NCBI GenBank assembly: GCA_944327625.1
Contig: CALVHL010000025.1
Span: forward strand, 19,648 to 83,647
From: an uncultured Clostridia bacterium
GTDB taxonomy: Bacteria; Bacillota; Clostridia; Christensenellales; Borkfalkiaceae
Direction: 5' to 3'
DNA length: 64,000 nucleotides
The translations under genes were made by a program, and so were the position numbers. The notes below the pieces were generated by a model that was not told the DNA's origin, did not search any database, and saw only the letters and a list, made by a program, of their open reading frames with translations. The number at the start of each line of letters is the position of its first letter. Positions within the stretch are counted from its first letter, which is position 1. This document shows positions 58,211 to 64,000 of the stretch, in pieces.

Positions 58211-59956
58211 TCAGTCGTCTTTCTTACCGCCGCCGAAGACCTCGCCAAACGCGGCATATACCTCGTCGTTTACCTTGCTTAGCCTCTCGGGCGTGACTTT
58301 GCACTTCATATCCGAGGCGAACAGCCCGTTGACCTCCTGCTCGACGTCGCAAAGCTGGGTGTACACCGTCGCGGCAAGCCCCTGCGAGCGGATGAGCGGC
58401 ACTACCTCTTTGAGATACAGCCGTTCAAGCGCCGCCGCGTATTCCGCCGAGGTCGAAAACCTGCGGTAGCTGAAAGCCTTTTTGTCGCCCGAGGAACAGG
58501 CATATCCGCCGAACTCCGTGACGGCGAGCACGCGCTTTTTGTCGTTCTTTACCCTGAGTTTTCTGAAATATACGTGGCGGCTGTACACGTCGCCGCCGCC
58601 CTTGTCCTGCCAGCCGCTGGCGTGGTCGTATTGTCGGGTGGGATCGAGTTCGCGCAGAGCCCTCCACACGCCGACGGCGTCAAACTGCCCCCAACCCTCG
58701 TTGAAGGGCGTCCACAGGCACAGCGAAACGCAGTTGAAAAGCGTCTTTATCGTGTCCTCCGCCTCCGCCATGTACTGCCTGCGGGAGCGCGGGTTATCCC
58801 TGCCCATACTCTTAAAATTCATGTCGTCGAGGTGCAGATCTATGAACGGGCCGAGGTTTATGCGAAGTTTTGAATAGGGTGCGCCCCCGTTTACCATATC
58901 CTGCCATACGAGTATGCCGAGTATGTCGCAGTAGTAGTACCATAGAAGCGGCTCTACCTTGATATGCTTTCTTAGCATATTGAAGCCCAGCCCCCTGACC
59001 GCTTTGAGGCAGTCGTACATCTCGCGGTTGCTTGCGGGCGTGTAGATGCCCTCGCCCCAATAGCCCTGATCCAACAGTCCGTTATGGTATATCGGGTTGC
59101 CGTTGAGCGTAAAGCACCTGCGCCCGCCCCTCTCGGCTGTTCCGAACGTGCGCAGCCCGAAATAGCTTCTTACCCTGTCCTGCCCGTAAGTTATGACTAT
59201 TCGGTAGAGCTGCGGGTTGTCGGGCGACCACTTCTGACAGCGCGAAACGTCTAAAATGCACGATTGCCCCGCATATATGCCCTCGCGAAAGGCAATGCGC
59301 TCGTCGCCGTCGAGTACGGCTATTTCGGCGGGAATACCCGCGTCCGAGGCGTCCAAAATGACTTCGAGCCTGCCGCTCTGCGCGTCGGGCAGAAGTTTCA
59401 CGCCCCGCAAAAAGTCCTTCGGCACGCTTTCCAGCCATACCGTCTGCCATATTCCGCTTATCGCCGTGTACCATATTCCGCCCGCCGAATAGCTCTGCTT
59501 GCCCCTGCCGTACACGTCCGAGGCGGCGTCGTCGGCGACGACGACGCACAGCTCGTTTTCGCCCCCGTTAAGGCTTTTGGTCAGCTCAACCGAAAAGGGC
59601 AGATAACCGCCCTCGTGCCCGCCGACCTCCGCGCCGTTGCAGTACACCGTGCAACGCTGGTCGACCGCGCCGAAATTGAGCATTACCCTGCCGCGGTTGA
59701 AGCCTTCGGGCAGGGTGAAAAAGGTGCGATAGTGCAGATATTCGCTTGCAGACGGCGCTCTTTGCGCACCAGAGAGCGGGCTTTCGGGCGAATAAGGCAC
59801 TTTTATTCTGCCGTCGTAGCGCGTCGGCCTTTCGGGCGAGGAAGTCACGGCATAGTCCCATTCGCCGTTGAGCGATATATAGCTGTCCCGCGCGAACTGC
59901 GGGCGGGGGTATTCTTTCAGCCCCTCGCCGTCCGAAAACTCTGCCTCAAATATCAT
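58211..59956 (-). CDS. glycoside hydrolase family 2 protein (specificity unknown; not a GUS)
   Basis: 581 aa with acid/base motif PFNEGWGQF and nucleophile motif VTEFGGY. It lacks the N-x-K-G motif. The ATG at 59954-59956 follows GGAGGA; the track's extension to 60313 is rejected. Confidence 0.8.
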   Translation of the reverse strand: MIFEAEFSDGEGLKEYPRPQFARDSYISLNGEWDYAVTSSPERPTRYDGRIKVPYSPESPLSGAQRAPSASEYLHYRTFFTLPEGFNRGRVMLNFGAVDQRCTVYCNGAEVGGHEGGYLPFSVELTKSLNGGENELCVVVADDAASDVYGRGKQSYSAGGIWYTAISGIWQTVWLESVPKDFLRGVKLLPDAQSGRLEVILDASDAGIPAEIAVLDGDERIAFREGIYAGQSCILDVSRCQKWSPDNPQLYRIVITYGQDRVRSYFGLRTFGTAERGGRRCFTLNGNPIYHNGLLDQGYWGEGIYTPASNREMYDCLKAVRGLGFNMLRKHIKVEPLLWYYYCDILGILVWQDMVNGGAPYSKLRINLGPFIDLHLDDMNFKSMGRDNPRSRRQYMAEAEDTIKTLFNCVSLCLWTPFNEGWGQFDAVGVWRALRELDPTRQYDHASGWQDKGGGDVYSRHVYFRKLRVKNDKKRVLAVTEFGGYACSSGDKKAFSYRRFSTSAEYAAALERLYLKEVVPLIRSQGLAATVYTQLCDVEQEVNGLFASDMKCKVTPERLSKVNDEVYAAFGEVFGGGKKDD

Positions 59957-60015
59957 ATTTCCTCCTCTGCCGCCGTTATCGCCGCGCAATATCGCCGCTT
60001 TGCCGCCCGTTACGG

Positions 60016-60705
60016 TCATTCGCCGAGCGGCACTATGTCCTGATAGAGTACCCTGAACTTGTCGTTGAGCTTTGCGTCGAGGTGATAATGCCCGAAATAC
60101 CAGCGGGTATATTCGACCGTGTCCTCGAAAAATGAGAGCATCTGATTGTCGGGATAGACGCTCATTCCGCGCCCGAAAACCCTGAGCGGCGGGTACATGA
60201 GCGCCCGCTCGCCGCAGGAATGGGTGATGATATAGTCGACTTTGTTGCCGTATTTTCTGAGGTTGGCGATGCCCTCGTCGAGCTCCCCGAAGGTCGGCAT
60301 TTCCTCCGCCCACCAGGAAATTCCCTCACGGCGGAATGCCTTGTCCGTACTCGTCGCGCCGCCGAAGGCGAAGATGGTCTTGCCCTCGAGCGTAAAGATC
60401 TGCCCGCGCATGAGGTGAATTATGTCGGGCGCGATCTCATGCACCTTGCCGCCCCGCCACTCCGTCACGGGAAAGGAATTGAGCAGCCGGAAATTTTCGT
60501 GATTTCCGTCGACGAAAAGGGTGGTAAACGGCAGTTTTTTATATGTTTCAAGGTCGCTATCCAGCGTTTCGCGCGCCCACACTCCGCCGAAATCGCCGCA
60601 GATTATGACATAGTCGTCCTTGGTAAGCTGCGGATTTTTATCGGCAAACAGCCCCAATTTTAGCGCATCGAGTTTACCGTGAGTATCTCCCGTAACGTAA
60701 ATCAT
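60016..60705 (-). CDS. calcineurin-like metallophosphoesterase
   Basis: GDTHG, GDFGG and GNHEN motifs. 229 aa. Confidence 0.85.
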   Translation of the reverse strand: MIYVTGDTHGKLDALKLGLFADKNPQLTKDDYVIICGDFGGVWARETLDSDLETYKKLPFTTLFVDGNHENFRLLNSFPVTEWRGGKVHEIAPDIIHLMRGQIFTLEGKTIFAFGGATSTDKAFRREGISWWAEEMPTFGELDEGIANLRKYGNKVDYIITHSCGERALMYPPLRVFGRGMSVYPDNQMLSFFEDTVEYTRWYFGHYHLDAKLNDKFRVLYQDIVPLGE

Positions 60706-60828
60706 TCCCCCTCCTCCCCGCAGGATAAATATAACACTTTCGGGTTAAGTAATCAAGTCTTAATATAAATTTTATGCAAGGGCTGATAATCTCAGCCCTT
60801 GCCTCGCCGTCTGAAAATGCCCCGATCG

Positions 60829-61887
60829 TCAGGATTTTATGGAGATTTTCAGGCGGTTGAATATATAGTCGCTCATGTTTTTAAGCTCCGAAAGGACGCC
60901 TTCGTAGAGGGTTATTGCGGCTTTGTCCGCCAGATCGCGGGCGGCGTAGAGGCAGCCCTCCGCCATGGTTATCGCCTTGCCGCGCGTCATCTTTGCGTCG
61001 CGGCCGAATATGTCCGCGACCTTCTGCCGCACGGCGTTATTGTAGCCGACGGTATTCGTCCCGCGCCGCGCCTCCCTCTTTGCGACCTCGGCGAGTACGC
61101 CCGCAAGGCGGTCGACCGCCTCCCTGCGCTTTTCCGCCTCCCCGATATATTCGCCGAGCAGCTCTTTCGGGAAAGCCAGACGGAATTTTCCGTCCTCGCC
61201 CGTGATGAAATCGTTGAAGTAGAGGAACAGACAGACGCCGCTCGCGGCGTCGGAGGAAATATTCAGCCTGTACTCCAACAGCTCTGCCGAAATATAGTCG
61301 CCGTCCGCGCACATTTTCAGCGCGGCGATCGCCAGCCCCGCCTCCTCGCTGTGATTATCGAAAAGCTCGGCGAGATTTCTGCGTATCTCCTCCTCGGAGG
61401 TTTCACCCTCGCCGTCGGCGGAAGTTTCGTCCTCGTCGTCATCGTCCCCGCCCGAGGCGTTCTTCTCGTCCTCGCGCAGGCGGGCAATGAGTTCGCGCCT
61501 GCGCCTTTCGAGATATTCCCGACGGCGGCTGTACTCGTCGTCCTCGCCGCCCTTACGGGAGCGGGAGGGAAGCTTTTTGCCGAAGCGCTTTACCCGCCAG
61601 ACCGAATCGGTAATATCCGCCCTGCACAGTCCGCCCGCTTCGGGCGGCTCGTCCTGCACGCCCGACTTCTCGCCCGCGAGCACACTCTGCCGCAGAGTAT
61701 ATATGTCGACGACTATCTTATACTTCCTTGCGCCGACCTTGCGGATAAGCCCCGCCTTTTCGAGCGCGGCGATCTCGTCGTCCGCGTCGAAGGTTATGTC
61801 GTCGAAGTCGGGCAATTCCCTCGCGTCGAAGAAGCGGTTGCCCGTATTGAGTTTGGTCAGAAGCAAATTTGCCATAGTGCTGTGCAT
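60829..61887 (-). CDS. hypothetical protein with a highly acidic/charged central linker, co-operonic with the FtsH-like gene
   Basis: The ATG follows GAGAGGTG, 10 nt after the upstream stop. The central stretch DEKNASGGDDDDEDETSADGEGETSEEE separates two folded-looking domains. I recognised no family. Confidence 0.55.
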   Translation of the reverse strand: MHSTMANLLLTKLNTGNRFFDARELPDFDDITFDADDEIAALEKAGLIRKVGARKYKIVVDIYTLRQSVLAGEKSGVQDEPPEAGGLCRADITDSVWRVKRFGKKLPSRSRKGGEDDEYSRRREYLERRRRELIARLREDEKNASGGDDDDEDETSADGEGETSEEEIRRNLAELFDNHSEEAGLAIAALKMCADGDYISAELLEYRLNISSDAASGVCLFLYFNDFITGEDGKFRLAFPKELLGEYIGEAEKRREAVDRLAGVLAEVAKREARRGTNTVGYNNAVRQKVADIFGRDAKMTRGKAITMAEGCLYAARDLADKAAITLYEGVLSELKNMSDYIFNRLKISIKS

Positions 61888-61897
61888 TGTACACCTC

Positions 61898-63979
61898 TCA
61901 ATTTGCGGAGATGAGGTTCGAAAGTTGTTCGCCGCTCAGGCTTTCGCGCTCGTAAAGCGCCTTTGCGACCGCCTCCGCCCTGTCCTTATTGTCGGTAATC
62001 AGCCTGAGCGCACGGCCGTACTGTTCGGCGATCAGCCCGCGCACCCTTGCAAATATTTCAGCATTTTCGAGCGCCTTTTTTCTGTCGATGCGGCAGAGCA
62101 GCCCCTCGTCCATGCCGAAGTCGCAGACCATTGCAACCGCCGTCTGAGTGGCGCTGCGTATGTCGCCCGCCGCGCCCGACGATATGCCGTCCTCGCCGAA
62201 GAAGCAGACTTCCGCCGCCCGCCCCGCCATTGCCGCGCATATTCTGTCGAGACATTCCGAACGCGAGAGTTCGGGCTTGTCCTCCTCGCCGAACTGCACG
62301 AAGCCGCCGTAGTTGGCGCGCGCGACGATAGTAGCATATACGGGGTTGAGCCCGAGAAGACTTGCGACGAGCGAATGTCCCGCCTCGTGGTAAGCCGTCC
62401 GCTCGACCGTCTTTGCGTCGTAGACCTTTCTGTCGCCCGCATTGAAGCTCTCGAACGCCTCGAAAAGTATCTCGTCGGTCAAGAGGAATTTTCCGTCGTT
62501 CTCGCTGTGCCTTACGGCGTTCTGAACGACGAGATTGAGGTCGGCGAGCGACCACCCGACCGAGCGGCGGGCGATAGTCGCCGCCGTTCCGTCGCTGACC
62601 TCAGAGAAGGGGTATCTGCCCAGTTCGCGCCCGATAAACGCCAGCCGTTCGGCAAACGCGGGCAGATTGATATGTATCTTCTTGTCGAACCTGCGCAGAA
62701 ACGCCCTGTCGAGCGAAACGTCGTCGCCGCGCGTTTCAAAGTTGGTCGCCGCGATGACGAATACGGGCGCAGCGCTCCCCGTATCGAAGCCGTCGAGTTC
62801 GGACAGCAGCGAGTTGGTCAGCCCGTCGGTATGCGCCGACTGCGCCGCGTCGCCCATTCTGTCCTTGGCTATGCAGTCTATCTCGTCTATGAACACGATA
62901 GAGGGCGCATATCGCCTTGCGGCGGCGAATACTTCGCGTATTCTGCGCTCGCCCTCGCCCACCCAGCGGGAGAGAAATTCGCCCGCGTTCATGGAAATGA
63001 AGGGCATATCCGCGGCGTTTGCGACCGCCTTTGCCAACATGGTCTTGCCGCAGCCGGGCGCGCCGTCGAGGATTATTCCGCGCGGTATGCGTATGCCGTT
63101 CTTCTCGTACTCCCTGTAATTTCTCAGCTGTCGGATTACGGGCAGAAGTTCGCGCTTGGCCTCCTCCGCGCCTATTACGTCGTCGAAGGTCACGTCGGGA
63201 ATGGTCTCCCTGCCCTCGAACAGCGCGCTCTCGCCGCCGCCGAAGGCTATCGCCTCGGCGAAGTCCGACAAAAGTATGTCGACCGAGCAGGAGCGGCGGT
63301 AATACTTATAGGAAGTCGAGCAGGTTATAATCTTATTGGTTCTGAACAGCAGCCGCACCGACCGACTGAGATCTATGCCCGCCGCCGCGTCGCTTATCCA
63401 CTCGCTGAAAGACAGCGGGGAATTGCGCGTGTGACAGTCGACCGCGCCGTTGTCGGCGTAGTAGGTGAGCGGTATGCTGTCGCTTCTGGTATAGACGTAG
63501 ACGGGCACCTGCGCAGCGATAAGATTGTTGAAAACTGCCTTCGCCTTTGCCAAATTCTGCGCCGTCACGCCGACGAACGCAATGGCGGGGGCAAGCCGCT
63601 TTATGCCGTGAATGTCTATGTCGTCCTCCGCCTCGACGAGCGTCACGCTCCCCCGCTCGGTAGCGTATATATAGCCGCTCAGATCGCCGCCGTAGGAGAG
63701 CACGTTGGAATGTCCGCCCTCCGACAGCACTTCCGCCGCCTCCGCCGTAGCCGAATCGAAGTCGAGCCGAAAGCGTATCCTGCATATTCTGCCGCCGCAG
63801 CCCAGCCCGCTGACGAGCTCTGCCGAGCGCTCGAAGTTGTTTGAAAAGAACTCCCTGACGGCGCGGACTATCGAACGCGCGTCGGCGTTGCCGCCCTGCG
63901 AGAATATGATATAATCTGCAAGCGCCGACTTGTCGGTTATTACCTTAATGTTGTACGCGCCGTAGTAATAGTTCATCAT
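61898..63979 (-). CDS. soluble FtsH-like AAA+ / M41 zinc metalloprotease with an uncharacterised N-terminal domain of about 270 aa in place of the TM/periplasmic module
   Basis: Walker A GAPGCGKT, Walker B IVFIDEID, SRH ATNFETRGDDVSLDRAFLRRFD, and the zinc motif HEAGH. No hydrophobic helices. The frame is still open upstream of 63979 to the window edge, so the true start may lie beyond 64000. Confidence 0.8.
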   Translation of the reverse strand: MMNYYYGAYNIKVITDKSALADYIIFSQGGNADARSIVRAVREFFSNNFERSAELVSGLGCGGRICRIRFRLDFDSATAEAAEVLSEGGHSNVLSYGGDLSGYIYATERGSVTLVEAEDDIDIHGIKRLAPAIAFVGVTAQNLAKAKAVFNNLIAAQVPVYVYTRSDSIPLTYYADNGAVDCHTRNSPLSFSEWISDAAAGIDLSRSVRLLFRTNKIITCSTSYKYYRRSCSVDILLSDFAEAIAFGGGESALFEGRETIPDVTFDDVIGAEEAKRELLPVIRQLRNYREYEKNGIRIPRGIILDGAPGCGKTMLAKAVANAADMPFISMNAGEFLSRWVGEGERRIREVFAAARRYAPSIVFIDEIDCIAKDRMGDAAQSAHTDGLTNSLLSELDGFDTGSAAPVFVIAATNFETRGDDVSLDRAFLRRFDKKIHINLPAFAERLAFIGRELGRYPFSEVSDGTAATIARRSVGWSLADLNLVVQNAVRHSENDGKFLLTDEILFEAFESFNAGDRKVYDAKTVERTAYHEAGHSLVASLLGLNPVYATIVARANYGGFVQFGEEDKPELSRSECLDRICAAMAGRAAEVCFFGEDGISSGAAGDIRSATQTAVAMVCDFGMDEGLLCRIDRKKALENAEIFARVRGLIAEQYGRALRLITDNKDRAEAVAKALYERESLSGEQLSNLISAN

Positions 63980-64000
63980 CTCGGCGATATTCCTGACGGC

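Noticed and set aside
59957-60313. 119-codon N-terminal extension of the GH2 ORF, overlapping the metallophosphoesterase gene.
   Set aside because: It overlaps a well-supported gene in another frame. The ATG at 59954-59956 has a GGAGGA RBS and starts the conserved GH2 N-terminal domain.
61487-63844. 785-aa + strand ORF.
   Set aside because: It is antisense to the FtsH-like gene (Walker A, Walker B and HEAGH on the minus strand) and its partner gene.

Overview
This is a 64-kb chromosomal window from a GC-rich Gram-positive anaerobe. It looks Clostridia-like (T-box leader, GGAGG ribosome-binding sites, rpmB<>asp23-yloV-recG synteny), but the taxon is inference. Almost all genes are on the minus strand, and the long + strand ORFs in the track are antisense shadows. 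The gene blocks are:
- 1-18.1 kb: a pectin/polygalacturonate locus. It holds a PL9-like lyase, a lipoprotein with a duplicated module, GH105, GH28, an LplABC-type ABC importer with an 849-aa binding lipoprotein, an MsmX-like ATPase interleaved with four unknown membrane proteins, and a CE8 pectinesterase.
- 18.6-22.2 kb: hsp20 and two paralogous membrane-anchored proteins.
- 22.7-28.3 kb: the str operon (rpsL-rpsG-fusA-tuf) with abnormally long spacers.
- 28.6-35.7 kb: pnuC, recG, an LRR lipoprotein, yloV, asp23 and rpmB.
- 35.9-42.9 kb: an F-type ATP synthase operon with atypical subunit architecture.
- 43.4-50.2 kb: a glucuronide/hexuronate block (GUS, GPH symporter, SDR, uxuA, AraC).
- 50.4-54.2 kb: a small accessory block (CAT-like protein, TIR-like protein, LOR/tubby-like operon).
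- 54.3-58.1 kb: a T-box-controlled asnB-asnS operon.
- 58.2-64 kb: a GH2, a metallophosphoesterase, and a soluble FtsH-like protease with an acidic partner protein.
The most interesting signals are:
- A ~180-nt multi-hairpin element in 6 copies, inside the str and asn operons, with compensatory stem changes between copies.
- A CRISPR-like but non-CRISPR array of four structured ~62-bp repeats.
- A TIR-like (CAP12/PycTIR-type) protein with an unknown helical domain, a defence candidate.
- An atpA carrying two delta-CTD-like repeats, with no atpH in the operon.
- A c-subunit with a signal-peptide-like extension.
No rRNA, tRNA, cas gene, transposase or integrase was seen.
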